Part shown: piece by piece, positions 10,929-21,469 of the stretch | Position numbering within the stretch: position 1 is the first letter of the stretch | Layout: each line of letters begins with the position of its first letter | DNA from: an uncultured delta proteobacterium | GTDB taxonomy: Bacteria; Desulfobacterota; Desulfobaccia; Desulfobaccales; 0-14-0-80-60-11 | Direction: 5' to 3' | Assembly: GCA_963812015.1 (NCBI GenBank) | Contig: CAWETI010000002.1 | Location: 608,001 to 672,000, forward strand | DNA: 64,000 nucleotides | Translations under genes and position numbers: made by a program | Notes under the pieces: generated by a model | The model's database searches: none | The model's input: the letters and a program-made list of their open reading frames with translations, nothing else | What the model was told of the DNA's origin: nothing

Positions 10929-11951
10929 GTGGAAATCATTGCAAAGTCCAAAACCGTTATTAAGAACTATTTTATAAAAATAATTAAGCTTTTGGCTGAC
11001 CCTATTGTTACATTTTTAACAAAACGGGTAACTTATGAGGTTATTCAATTTATACCACCATTAATTGAGTTCTATAATAGTTCAGATAAGGATAAACAGT
11101 CCTACTACGACCACACAAAAAATCCTCTCGATAACCTGCAAGTATATGAAAATTTAAAGCAAAGATTAGTTGCCCTTAATGTTCCCGTAGAAGATTTTAG
11201 CATAGATATATCTGATTTTGAAAATTGGTTAAAATCATTTCCTGAAGTTGCGAATAGTTATAGAGGCATGGGGGATGTATTTATAGAAAAATGTCTGGAG
11301 CATTATTTATCTTATCGTCTTCTAAATATAAAGAATAATGATGTTTATATCGATATAGCAGCTGCGGGAAGCGACTTTGCAGATATTTTACATAGAAGTA
11401 TGGGGGTGAAATCATACGTTCTTGATTTAACTTACCCGGAAGGTGTACATGGCAACAAAATCGGTGCTGATGCGGGAGCCACGAAGTTGCCTGATAAATT
11501 TGCTAACGTTCTTTCTCTTCATTGTGCATATGAATGTTTCATGGGAGATGCTGATATCAGATTTATAAAAGAGGCTTCAAGAATATTGGCCCCAAAAGGC
11601 CGTTATTTAATCGTTCCACTTTATATGGATGATGTATGTTTTGTGGCGACAAGTCCGTTTTGTAATCAAAAGGAAATTACAATAGAAGATGAAGCATTGA
11701 AGGTTTGGCGAGATGATAAATATATTGTACCTTTCTCCCGTCACTATTCTCCAGAAGCCTTTAAGAGAAGAATCTTTTCAGTAATTCCAAGTGACATAAA
11801 TGCAAAAGTAATATATATACAAAACATTGCAGATGTAATTAAATATTTCGGTAATCAAAGGATATACTGCTTTTTCACGTTTTATTGTGAGAAGAAAGAT
11901 ATCAATTATACACAACAGAGCCTTGTAGCTACCCCCTCACCCACTCGATAA
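10929..11951 (+). CDS. Putative SAM-dependent methyltransferase-fold protein (AT-rich, opposite strand to the locus)
   Basis: YIDIAAAGS, LHCAYECFMGDAD, EASRILAPKGRYLIVP. Confidence 0.65.
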   Translation: MEIIAKSKTVIKNYFIKIIKLLADPIVTFLTKRVTYEVIQFIPPLIEFYNSSDKDKQSYYDHTKNPLDNLQVYENLKQRLVALNVPVEDFSIDISDFENWLKSFPEVANSYRGMGDVFIEKCLEHYLSYRLLNIKNNDVYIDIAAAGSDFADILHRSMGVKSYVLDLTYPEGVHGNKIGADAGATKLPDKFANVLSLHCAYECFMGDADIRFIKEASRILAPKGRYLIVPLYMDDVCFVATSPFCNQKEITIEDEALKVWRDDKYIVPFSRHYSPEAFKRRIFSVIPSDINAKVIYIQNIADVIKYFGNQRIYCFFTFYCEKKDINYTQQSLVATPSPTR

Positions 11952-12147
11952 CAGATAAACAAAATAAGCATTATTGTTTATTTGTGCTAAAATCTATAAT
12001 ATCCCCCCTCATTTCACTTGCCATTAAATTCGCCTTTAATGTTAATATATATTTTATACCTATAGTTGTGTTGCAACTATACTTGACAATAAATTAACAT
12101 CCCTTAATGATAACATTATCACGACAACTAATAAGGGGGTGTTCTTT

Positions 12148-12303
12148 ATGTCTAAAGGCTATTTAGTCGATTTCAAGGAATTGAAAGGCAAGATGTCAAT
12201 GGAAATGCTTTTGATACATTATCAGTTGTTTGACAATCTAAAGCTGTCGGCTGGCAACTTTGTCGGTTGCTGTCCGATACACAAGGGGAGTAATGTCCGA
12301 TAA
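12148..12303 (+). pseudogene. N-terminal fragment of a CHC2 zinc-finger (primase-like) protein, cut at an IS end
   Basis: Hand translation MSKGYLVDFKELKGKMSMEMLLIHYQLFDNLKLSAGNFVGCCPIHKGSNVR*; RBS AAGGGGG; the stop falls exactly where the solo IS3 end begins. Confidence 0.6.
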
Positions 12304-12333
12304 CATGTGGATCAGTTTTTGAAGGACAGGTCA
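12301..12333 (-). repeat. Solo IS3 terminal inverted repeat
   Basis: TAACATGTGGATCAGTTTTTGAAGGACAGGTCA matches 10018-10050 TAACATGTGGATCAGTTTTTGGGGGGCAGGTCA except at 3 positions. Confidence 0.85.
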
Positions 12334-12455
12334 GGTCAGCCTTCGGTGGCACTTTTGTCAGCAAATAATCTCTCCGAACTATTTCCGCCTTCTCTCAGCC
12401 ACCCTCGACCCTCCTCCCCTTCAAAAAACCGCTTCGAACCTGGCCCTCTCACATC

Positions 12456-13925
12456 TCATGAATAATGCGGGCTAACTATGTTTGATATTTTAACAATAAC
12501 CCAAACAATAAAAAATACGATCAGACCTTGACGTAAATTCAGGGCGAAGTACATACCCATGAAGCCATTAAAACAAATCAGTCCGTCTAGTATTGAAAAG
12601 AAGGAAAATTTGAAGGCCAGGGAAGTTCCCGTGGCCATATAGCGCCATAAAAGGCCATGACTGAAGCCGATCATCCAAAAGGCCAAAAAAATTCCCCAAA
12701 TTCCGGCATCAGCTAAGGCTGATCCAATCATAGTAGTATTTTGATTAAAGTTTTCCATATGGAAGTGTCTTATAGTTACCAATCCAGGGTGTTCCTTCGG
12801 AAACGGCAGAATTGGTTCGGGGATGGCGGTATATGCTCCCCAAAAAAATTCTTCCCCCCACATATACGGAATCCCTTTCTGTTCGTGTAGGGCAAAGATG
12901 GCCGCTGGCACTTCAATGGCATTGAATCTATAACCAAAATCATTTTCGATCCGATCGGATGTTTTTGTCAACGTGGCCCGATCTTTTAATATATTGGCGG
13001 TCAACTCCATTCTTTCATTAATAGATATGCCTGTTCCCTGCAGATCCTTATTTGACTGATAAGCTGTTCTGACACCAGTTATTATTAAAAAGAGACCAGA
13101 TAAGATAATTATTGACCATTTAAATAAATCCATTAGATTTCTTTTATTTATCAATTGATACGTTAAGATTGCAATAATTCCCATATCCACGCCGAAAATT
13201 CGCGAATTTATCAGGAATAATATCATCACTGCTATAGACGCTGCTACAATCGCAATTATTTTATAGCGATAATCACCTTTATAATAAGTCAGTACAATAC
13301 AACCTATGCATAAGCCAAATAAATTATACCAAAGAAAAAATATTGCTTTCATCGGATAACTATAACTCATCATGGCTTCTGCGTTAAGACCAATCGCAGA
13401 AATGCCAAATTTTATCGAAGTATATAAATATACCCCAGCCACCATTGGAAATAATACAATTAATAAGATATGAGAATAATGCTGTAACTCAGTGACTTTT
13501 GGAAGTCTTAATTGTAGGGGAATATGTCCAATACCCCGGCCATAGCCTAATTCATAGCCGAGGAAGGCTAGGGGGGCGACCAGATAGATTATCCAGTAAT
13601 AATCCAGAGCTCCCCAATTAAAATATAATTGAGTCCCCCCGCTTAAGGTCGGCAAGGAGCCGATAATAATCCAAACAAACGCCGTGGTCTGAAATATTGG
13701 CCTCAGACTTATTAAATATTGTTCCCACGCGTAGCGGTTGCTCCACATCCAACGAAACGCCAGAACTGTGGAGAACAGAACCCCGCTTCCAAGACATAAA
13801 GTTTGGAAAATATTAAAGGGGGAAACCAACATGGCATAGAATGTAATAATTATAGCCACAACCCCAGTAAATACCAAGGACCGGTAGTTAATGGTTAAAA
13901 CATTATTATTTTTTAAAGGTCTCAA
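12456..13925 (-). CDS. Polytopic membrane protein, probable Wzy-type polysaccharide polymerase
   Basis: Many hydrophobic segments, a large periplasmic-type loop, low GC, and position in a wzx/wza/wzc locus. Confidence 0.65.
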   Translation of the reverse strand: MRPLKNNNVLTINYRSLVFTGVVAIIITFYAMLVSPFNIFQTLCLGSGVLFSTVLAFRWMWSNRYAWEQYLISLRPIFQTTAFVWIIIGSLPTLSGGTQLYFNWGALDYYWIIYLVAPLAFLGYELGYGRGIGHIPLQLRLPKVTELQHYSHILLIVLFPMVAGVYLYTSIKFGISAIGLNAEAMMSYSYPMKAIFFLWYNLFGLCIGCIVLTYYKGDYRYKIIAIVAASIAVMILFLINSRIFGVDMGIIAILTYQLINKRNLMDLFKWSIIILSGLFLIITGVRTAYQSNKDLQGTGISINERMELTANILKDRATLTKTSDRIENDFGYRFNAIEVPAAIFALHEQKGIPYMWGEEFFWGAYTAIPEPILPFPKEHPGLVTIRHFHMENFNQNTTMIGSALADAGIWGIFLAFWMIGFSHGLLWRYMATGTSLAFKFSFFSILDGLICFNGFMGMYFALNLRQGLIVFFIVWVIVKISNIVSPHYS

Positions 13926-14095
13926 TTGTTATCGTTTGCCCTTTTTGCAGGAGTGTATTCTTTTAATTTATTGCCAGCCACAGAGTCCACTTGATACTGC
14001 TCCCAAAATTAACCACGCTATAAACGTCTTTCGAACTATCACTTTTTTAAAATAACAATAACATTAGGATCACCCGGATTAGAGGATATCTCTAA

Positions 14096-15271
14096 TTATG
14101 TCTTATTGTATAAATTATTTATGTGTATAAATAAATTATCTAAATATCTATAAATCTTGTAATTATCATTAAATAGATTTATGGCTCTGGATTGATAATA
14201 TGAATAGTTATTTAATAGATCATCAATTTTGTCTTTTATCTGGGTCACATGATTTATGCAAGCCCCACAATGATATTTTTCAATTAGGGACCTCAAACTT
14301 GCCAAATTGGAGGCTATCACTGGAACGCCACATTGGAGATAATGGGCCAATTTACCTGATGACAGGCCAATCGTTTCCACATTTGGCATGAAGGGATCAT
14401 ACAATACCAGGCCGATATCCGCCGAACTATAAACCAAATCGACCTTATCAAAGGGCACGGGGTTGAGAGAAAGCTTTATCCTGCCATTTTTATAATTTTC
14501 ATGTTGCAGTATTTCCTGGACAGCATAGTACTTCTCATCAGATTCATCGCGTTTGACATGAAAGATGAGCACCCAATCATCCGGCCATTGGGAAACGGCG
14601 TCTGCCAGTTCCCGGGATAGCGTATATCCCCCCAAAGCCCCGGCATGCAAGATGATGGTGTGCTCTGGCGGGATGCCAAATTTTTCCCGGAAAAATGACG
14701 ACCTCTGAATTCTCGCCTCCCCTAAAGGGGAATTGGGGATCAGGCAGACCTTGGCCGGATCAGGCCTTAGGCCATTGCTGGCAAAGAGGAGACCCAGGCG
14801 CGTTTCATCCTGGACGATGGTGAGCGCCACCCAGGCATGGGCCCAGCGTTCCAGAAGTTTTAGGGCCTTGGCTTGCGGAGAGTGCAGGTCGTCCCAGGTG
14901 TAGATTTCCAAAGAGAGATAGATCATGGGGGCCCGCAAGGATGGCTGCGCCAGGGCCGCGGCCACCAGTCCCGCTGCATCTGCCGCAATGACCGCATCAT
15001 ATTTTTTCCTTTTAAAGTGTTTCCAGTGTTTTAATACAAATAATACCGGCAATGGCGCCCCGCGGCCGTAAATGCTCTGACCATCTTCCACCCTAAAACT
15101 GTACATCTGGACGTTGGGCTGCTGAAAATGGTACAGGTCACGAGGAAAATAATTATTGTAAACGTGGTAAAAATCGATATTAGCTCCTTTGGCCGCCAAA
15201 AAATCAACCAGGGCGATCAGGGAAGGGATGGTCATGAAGTGACCGAAGGGAAAAAAGATGGCTAAGTTCAT
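14096..15271 (-). CDS. Glycosyltransferase (GT-B, GT4-like)
   Basis: IPNSP, ILHAGALG, ADIGLVLY, SSGKLAHYLQCGVPVIAS. Confidence 0.85.
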   Translation of the reverse strand: MNLAIFFPFGHFMTIPSLIALVDFLAAKGANIDFYHVYNNYFPRDLYHFQQPNVQMYSFRVEDGQSIYGRGAPLPVLFVLKHWKHFKRKKYDAVIAADAAGLVAAALAQPSLRAPMIYLSLEIYTWDDLHSPQAKALKLLERWAHAWVALTIVQDETRLGLLFASNGLRPDPAKVCLIPNSPLGEARIQRSSFFREKFGIPPEHTIILHAGALGGYTLSRELADAVSQWPDDWVLIFHVKRDESDEKYYAVQEILQHENYKNGRIKLSLNPVPFDKVDLVYSSADIGLVLYDPFMPNVETIGLSSGKLAHYLQCGVPVIASNLASLRSLIEKYHCGACINHVTQIKDKIDDLLNNYSYYQSRAINLFNDNYKIYRYLDNLFIHINNLYNKT

Positions 15272-15295
15272 GAACTGTCCTAAATCAGGGTCAGG

Positions 15296-16270
15296 TTAAC
15301 TGTTCAGCCAGTCCGTCTTGGCCAGCAGCCGGCGAAATTTCAGGTCCTTTGCCAGTAGGATAACATAACGCAGCCGTGAGAGGTGTAATGCCAAGCCGAG
15401 GCGGAATCTCAAGGAGGCAGATTTATCCGCGCCCTCAGCCATCTGCTTGGCGCTCAACCATCCCAGCTTGATCATCGACAGGCCGATCCTTCCCAGCCTG
15501 ATGAGTAGCTCCGAGGATTCGGGCACTCTTCCGGAAAAGTGGGAATATTCCGCACTGGCGCCTTGATTGGCCATGCGTCGACAGAAATAGGGGACCGTCA
15601 TCCTTTCCGGGGGAATGTGGTGATAGACCAAGGCTTGTGGAACATAACCGATGAGCAGACCGTGATTGCTGATTTTGCGGTTCAGGCCGCTTTCTCCGTC
15701 GCCTATCCATAAATCTCCGATGGATTCGGGATGAAACCCTCCCATTTCGAAGAGCACCCGGCTTCTGATGGCCATATTCACGCCAAAAAAGGATATGCCC
15801 CGGTCCAGGTGAAATTCCTGGTAGGGTTCCATGAGACTCAAGATACCGAAGCCGGAGTTTGTTCCCATGAAATCGAGCAGCCAGCGGGGAGGCGGAGCTG
15901 CCCACACCGGCCGCACCGGGCCTCCGGCCGCGGCCATCTCTGGATAGTCAGCAAACGCGCGAGCATAAGCTGAAAGCCAATCAGGGGAAAAGGTCGCGTC
16001 GTCGTCGGTAAATACTAAGATTTCTCCAGTCGCTGCTCTCCCTCCTGCATGTCTGGCGTAATGCAGCCCACATTCTGGCTCTGCCAGATAGCGGATAGGG
16101 ATTTTGGCACTGCGATTTAACTTGTCGACCATTTTATCGATTTCAGGGTCGGCGGCATTATCCACTACTAAGATTTCAAACCTGGAGAGGCTTTGCCTCT
16201 GTAGGCTGAGGAGTCCCTGCTTCAGCGTTGCTCGACGGTTGTAAGTGGGGATAATTACCGAGATATCCAG
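15296..16270 (-). CDS. Glycosyltransferase family 2 (start probably upstream of the tracked ORF)
   Basis: The frame extends to LDISVIIPTYNR...FEILVVDNA; also ARHAG, VFTDDD, FGVNMAIR, VYHHIP. Candidate CTG start at 16270 with AAAGGT 6 nt upstream. Confidence 0.85.
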   Translation of the reverse strand: MDISVIIPTYNRRATLKQGLLSLQRQSLSRFEILVVDNAADPEIDKMVDKLNRSAKIPIRYLAEPECGLHYARHAGGRAATGEILVFTDDDATFSPDWLSAYARAFADYPEMAAAGGPVRPVWAAPPPRWLLDFMGTNSGFGILSLMEPYQEFHLDRGISFFGVNMAIRSRVLFEMGGFHPESIGDLWIGDGESGLNRKISNHGLLIGYVPQALVYHHIPPERMTVPYFCRRMANQGASAEYSHFSGRVPESSELLIRLGRIGLSMIKLGWLSAKQMAEGADKSASLRFRLGLALHLSRLRYVILLAKDLKFRRLLAKTDWLNS

Positions 16271-16375
16271 AACAACACCTTTACTTTAAGACCCATAGCC
16301 TATTCCTAATAATCTTTATCAAAATGCATAATTAATAGACCATCTAAGTTAGTTTTATTATAGTAATGACACATA

Positions 16376-17854
16376 TCAATTAAACGCAGCTCTTTTTACC
16401 AGGCGTGCAGTTTGCAATATATGCGAGCAATCCAGGAGCCAAAGAGATAAGCCATAAGTGATAACACCAAGTCCCATCAGAATAATCAACGTAAAGGTCT
16501 GCCCAAGGCCAGTAGATGTTAGTAAAAAGAGATACTTAGTCCCTGCGACAGCCAGTGACATTGTAAGGGTCGAAATGATTAGTCGCCTGCCATCTTGCCA
16601 CAAGTAATAAGGGGAGACGTCCAGCAGGCGGGCGCTGAGATAGCCGTGCAAGGGAATTCCCAGCAAGTGCAAGATGATCTGACAACCAATGAAGACCAAT
16701 AACCCCATGGGAGCGGTAAGTAAATAGACCGGCAGATAGAAAAGGATTGATATGAATAGCAGTTTTGTATTGAGATCGGGGCGGCCCAGGGCCCGATAGA
16801 CTTCGGTATTGATCCCCACCAGCCAGGAGATGCCTTGAGCCAGACCCAGGAGGCTGAGTACCGGGCCCAGGCCTTCCCACTTCTGGCCGAAGAGCACCGT
16901 GGCGATCTGCGGTCCCACCAGGAAGAGCCCGGCGCCCATGGGCAAGGCCAGGGAAATAATCACCCGGTTCACCTTGTGAAAGGTGGCCTTAAGAACTTCG
17001 AGGTCGTCCTGGAGGCGGGAAAAAGTTGGGTAGAGCGCCGGGAGAAAGGGGTTGAGGATAAGGCCGATGGTAACGGCGCAGAGGTTCCAGCCCACGGTGT
17101 AAAGCCCCAGGGCCTCGGGGCCGAGAACGCGGCCCACCACCAGCTTGTCCCCCCAGACGAAGAACCATCCCAGGAGATTTTCCAGCATCACCCAGAGGCC
17201 AAAGCCGAAGAGGCGGCGGGCCAGAGGCCGGTCGAAAGCAAGCCGGGGCCGCCAGGGGCTTTTGAGCCACAACAGGAGCAGGTTCAAGAGGGAGGCGCAT
17301 AGAGAGCCGGCCACCAGGGCCCAGACGCCGTAGCCGGCATAGGCCAGGGGGATGGAAAGACCGGCGGGGAGGACCGCGGTGGCCAGGTTGACCCAAAAGA
17401 GCCAGCGAAAATCCAGCTCTCGGACAAAGAGGTTTTGTTGCGCCGCCACGAAGGAGTTGATCACGATTAGGAGGCCGAGAACCCTGAGCACCGGCAGGGA
17501 GGCGGGGCTGTGAAAGAAGGCGGCGACCCAGGGAGCAGCCAGGAAGAGCCCCGCATAAAGCGGCAGGCTCAGGGCCACGTTGGCCCAGAAGATCACGTTA
17601 GCGGCCTGCTCCGGCGCTTCTTGGGTCTGGATCAAGGCCCGCCCCAGGCCGGCATCCCAGAAATGTTGGGAGAAGCTGACCACGACCATGGCGGTGGCCA
17701 TAACCCCGAAATCATTGGGGGTGAGGAGCCGGGCCAGGATGAGGAAGATTAGGGGCTGGGCGGAGCGGGACACCAGCTGCATCAGCCCCAGCCACTTGAA
17801 GGAGCCCACGGCCTTCTGGAGGACAGAATCCGAAGTGGGCTTGTTCGAGGTCAT
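16376..17854 (-). CDS. wzx: Wzx-type polysaccharide flippase
   Basis: ILARLLTPNDFG, DAGLGRALIQ, GYGVWALV, LGLYTVG, GQKW; multi-TM. Confidence 0.88.
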   Translation of the reverse strand: MTSNKPTSDSVLQKAVGSFKWLGLMQLVSRSAQPLIFLILARLLTPNDFGVMATAMVVVSFSQHFWDAGLGRALIQTQEAPEQAANVIFWANVALSLPLYAGLFLAAPWVAAFFHSPASLPVLRVLGLLIVINSFVAAQQNLFVRELDFRWLFWVNLATAVLPAGLSIPLAYAGYGVWALVAGSLCASLLNLLLLWLKSPWRPRLAFDRPLARRLFGFGLWVMLENLLGWFFVWGDKLVVGRVLGPEALGLYTVGWNLCAVTIGLILNPFLPALYPTFSRLQDDLEVLKATFHKVNRVIISLALPMGAGLFLVGPQIATVLFGQKWEGLGPVLSLLGLAQGISWLVGINTEVYRALGRPDLNTKLLFISILFYLPVYLLTAPMGLLVFIGCQIILHLLGIPLHGYLSARLLDVSPYYLWQDGRRLIISTLTMSLAVAGTKYLFLLTSTGLGQTFTLIILMGLGVITYGLSLWLLDCSHILQTARLVKRAAFN

Positions 17855-18651
17855 GCAGTTGCCTCAGGCCCGGAACGACCGACCACCAGAACATTCCAGG
17901 TGTCCTCGGACGGGCTTCGGGAAAGGTCCGGGAAAGCGGAGACGATCAGTGGCTCCAGGGCGTTCAGACTGAGAAAGAGAAACAATTCCTGGGGAAAGAA
18001 ATAGCGGACGTGGTGGCTTTCCTGGGTCGCACGGACCAGGCGGTCGCCCGCAAGCTGCCAGACGCGGTAATTGACTTCGCAAACTTGCCTGAAGGTGTCC
18101 AGAGAGGCAGAAGTGGCCCGGAGGATTTGACCTTCGGTGGTGGCAATGACCTTGAGGCGGTCGCCGGGACGCAGGGCCAAGACCGCCGGGCCGTACCAGA
18201 CATCGGCCACGAACAGCCCGCCGGGGCACAGGTGGCGGCGTACTCCGGCCAAAGCCGCAAGCACCTCTTCGTTGGACAGCTGGTAACTCAACACGGCAAA
18301 CATCATTAATACAGCATCAAATTTGCGGCCCAAAGCAAATGTGCGGACATCTCCCTGATGGAAAGCAGGGAGATGACCACTTGGTCCTTTGGGGAAGAAC
18401 TCGGCCTTTTGCCGGGCTCCGGCCAGCATTTCCAGGGAGCGGTCCACCCCGGTGACCCGGTAGCCCCGGCGGGCCAGCGGGAAAGCGTGGTTGCCGGTGC
18501 CGCAGCCCAGGTCCAGGATGCTGCGAACCGACCCATTACCGTATCGGCGAAAGACTTCCTCCAGGAGGTCGCACTCAGCCTCATAATCCTTGTCTCTATA
18601 AAACTGGTCATAAAGTTCGGCGTAATGGCCTTGGAAGACGCGCTCCGTCAT
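17851..18651 (-). CDS. Class I SAM-dependent methyltransferase (sugar-modifying type)
   Basis: YAELYDQFYRDKDYEAEC, ILDLGCGTGNH, HLCPGGLFVADVWYGPAV. Confidence 0.88.
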   Translation of the reverse strand: MTERVFQGHYAELYDQFYRDKDYEAECDLLEEVFRRYGNGSVRSILDLGCGTGNHAFPLARRGYRVTGVDRSLEMLAGARQKAEFFPKGPSGHLPAFHQGDVRTFALGRKFDAVLMMFAVLSYQLSNEEVLAALAGVRRHLCPGGLFVADVWYGPAVLALRPGDRLKVIATTEGQILRATSASLDTFRQVCEVNYRVWQLAGDRLVRATQESHHVRYFFPQELFLFLSLNALEPLIVSAFPDLSRSPSEDTWNVLVVGRSGPEATA

Positions 18652-19781
18652 GATAGAGCCCGCCTCACCGCCTGGCAGACCTGTTCAAGCTGGTCCTTGG
18701 TCAGGGTAAGGCCAGAGGGGAGGTAGAGCCCCTGGCGCGATAGACGTTCAGCTACCGGGTAGCGCTCGCCTTTAAACCAGCCGCGCTCCAGAAAAACCGG
18801 TTGTTCGTGCATCCCCAGGAAGAAGGGACGGGTCTCCACCCCCGATGCCTTTAGGCGCTGGGCCAGGTCGAGAGCGGTAAGGCCGGTGGCCTCATCCAGA
18901 ACCACGCCGTACATCCAGTAAACCTGCCGGGCCCAGGACTCTTCCACGGGTAACTGTAAGGCAGGCAGATCCCGCAGATTTTCCGTATAGGCCTGCCCCA
19001 TCCAGCGTTTATGGGAGATAATTTCGGCCAAACGCTCCAGTTGAGCCAGGCCGATGGCGGCCTGGAGGTTGGTCAGACGAAAATTGTGGCCCATTTCGGT
19101 GTGCAAGAAGCGCTGCTCCGGACGAAAACAGAGATTGCGCAAACTACGGGCCTTGGCTGCCAGATCAGGGTCGCGGGTCAGGAGCATCCCCCCCTCGCCC
19201 ATGGTGATTAGCTTGTTGGCGTAGAAGCTGAAGACGCTCAGATCCCCTAATCCTCCGCAACGGCGCCAGGTAGGCTGGTGATCATGGCGGCCAGCAAGAT
19301 ATTCGGCGCCGTGCACTTCGGCTGCGTCCTCAATGACCATGAGGTTATACCGGTGGGCCAGGTCCCTCACGGCATCCATATCCACGGGATGGCCGTAGAT
19401 GTGCACTGGCATGAGGGCCCTGGTTCTATGGGTTATTCTGGCTTCGATTTGATGCACATCCATGCACCAGGTGCGAGGGTCGGCATCCACCAGCACCGGC
19501 ATGCCGCCATTATAGACCACCGCCAGGGCGCAGGAGATAATGGTAAAGGTGGGGATGATCACTTCGTCGCCCGGCTTGAGACTGAGGCAGGCCACGGCTA
19601 CCTGGAGGGCGGTGGTGCCGTTGCTAAGAGCGATACCGTATTTCATGCCGCAGTAGGCGGCCCATTTTTCTTCGAATTCTTGGATGAAGCGCCCCGCGGA
19701 AGAAATCCATCCGGTGCGGAGGCATTCTGTGACATATTGCAGTTCACGGTTACCCAGGAGAGGCTCATTTACTGGGATCAT
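18648..19781 (-). CDS. DegT/DnrJ/EryC1/StrS aminotransferase (perosamine synthase-like)
   Basis: MIPVNEP, GWISSAG, SNGTTAL, PVHIYGHP, IEDAAEVHG, FSFYANKLITMGEGG, GLYLPSG. Confidence 0.92.
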   Translation of the reverse strand: MIPVNEPLLGNRELQYVTECLRTGWISSAGRFIQEFEEKWAAYCGMKYGIALSNGTTALQVAVACLSLKPGDEVIIPTFTIISCALAVVYNGGMPVLVDADPRTWCMDVHQIEARITHRTRALMPVHIYGHPVDMDAVRDLAHRYNLMVIEDAAEVHGAEYLAGRHDHQPTWRRCGGLGDLSVFSFYANKLITMGEGGMLLTRDPDLAAKARSLRNLCFRPEQRFLHTEMGHNFRLTNLQAAIGLAQLERLAEIISHKRWMGQAYTENLRDLPALQLPVEESWARQVYWMYGVVLDEATGLTALDLAQRLKASGVETRPFFLGMHEQPVFLERGWFKGERYPVAERLSRQGLYLPSGLTLTKDQLEQVCQAVRRALS

Positions 19782-20208
19782 TTGCCTGCTCACTTTCTTC
19801 GAATCGCGCTTTGTCATCATACCCGGCATAGGGCCCTTGCTTGATTTCGATCATAGCCGTATCTTCCAGCATCTCAAAAGAGTGGCCACCGCCGCAGAGC
19901 AGGATGACGTCCCCGGTTGTCAGGATGTAAGAGTCGATGAATTGTTTTTCTGAAGAATAGAGATTCACTTTTGTGCGACCGTGACGAATAAGTAAGACTT
20001 CTTGCGTATAAAGGACTTGCCGGGATACCAGATTATGGACATGGGGTGCAATCTTTGTTCCTTTGGGGTGACGCATGAATCCAACTTGTTGCGAAAAATT
20101 GATAGGGGTAAAAAAGTGAACCCCGGGTTCATCATATTTGGCCCGGATGATCAGAGCAATTGGCTCCAAGCCGTGGATGATAGTTTCCATCAAATGATCG
20201 CCACTCAT
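19765..20208 (-). CDS. Cupin-fold protein of nucleotide-sugar loci
   Basis: GVHFFTP, IAPHVH, TQEVL, GDVILL..GGHSF, EIKQGPY. Confidence 0.7.
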   Translation of the reverse strand: MSGDHLMETIIHGLEPIALIIRAKYDEPGVHFFTPINFSQQVGFMRHPKGTKIAPHVHNLVSRQVLYTQEVLLIRHGRTKVNLYSSEKQFIDSYILTTGDVILLCGGGHSFEMLEDTAMIEIKQGPYAGYDDKARFEESEQANDPSK

Positions 20209-20259
20209 AAAATCTCCGATTAAATTTTGTTCCTTATAGGCAATTTTCCATCCATTTAT

Positions 20260-21370
20260 TACTCAGAGCATATAACTGATTAACTTTTTATGCTGCATAT
20301 TGGACATGTTTCCCTTGGAAAAAGTTGGCGACTATGTCCGGTTTACATTGGCGACTCCGTAGGTAGCTCCTGACCTTCCCCATCAACTCCGTTTGATTAT
20401 TAGGCCGTTGACGCCCCAGGGCATTGGTTTTGACATCATGATTGAGCAATTCGTCCGGGTTGATCTCCGGACTATAGCTAGGTAGAAAAACTAACCGACG
20501 GCGCTCCTCATTTTCTTTGACCCAGTTTTTCACCTTGAGGGAGCGGTGGACCGGGTGACGGTCGATGATGAGATATACCCGGCGATCACTCTGACGGAGC
20601 AAGCGCCGGAGAAACTCTAAGAAAACTGGGGCAGTAAAACGCTCTTTGCAAACTATGAAGTTTAAGCGCCCCTGATTGGTAATGGCAGAAATCATGTTGC
20701 AGCCGAAGCGCTGACCCGTGGCCAAGATCACGGGCGTCTGTCCCTTGAGGCCATAAGAGCGCCCCACGGCATGGTCTGACCGCAGCCCCATTTCATCGCC
20801 CCAGTATATTTGGGTCTTCTCTCTCTGTGCCTGGCGGCGAATACTGGGATACTCTTTCTCAAGCCATTGCCGGACCTGCTCCGGATTTTGTTCCCAGGCC
20901 CGCCGCGCCGGTTTTTGCGGGGTGAAGCCCCAGCGTTTGAGATAACGGCCTACGGTCCAGACTGACACCTGTAAGCCAAACCGGCGTTTAATGAGGAGCG
21001 CTACCGCTTCCCGGGTCCAGAGGTAAAAAGGCAATTTGAGTTGTTCCGCATGATGATCAATGACCGTCTTGGCAATTTGTGCAGCCTGCCAAGGCAGGAG
21101 CTTTCCTCCTTTCGGACGGCCTTTCCGTTTCGATTTAAGCGCTCCTTGGCCCTGAAGGCCATACCCTTTCACCCATCCACAGATGATTTGCGGTGCAACT
21201 CCACAGAGCCTGGCAACTTCTCTCTGTTTTTTACCGTCCAATACCGCTTTAACGGCTAATTGGCGTAGATGTTCTTGCGCAGATGATGGAATGGAGCGAG
21301 CATCGACTTTTTGCATGCAATATCTATAGCATAAGCCCCTAAATAGTTAATCTATTTATTGCGTTGAGTA
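20260..21370 (-). mobile_element. IS630-family insertion sequence with a 342-aa transposase (20288-21316)
   Basis: HTH plus DDE motifs (WGDEMG, IIDRHPVH, YSPEINPDE). Imperfect IRs TACTCAgaGCAtatAacTGATTAACT / TACTCAacGCAataAatAGATTAACT with TA ends. Confidence 0.93.
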
Positions 21371-21469
21371 ATAAATACTATCTTTCGAGCTGTTTTTCCC
21401 AATGCTTAACTGCAAATTCCAGCATGATATACATACCTAAGGTTATTGTTGAGAGATTGGCAATCCAAA

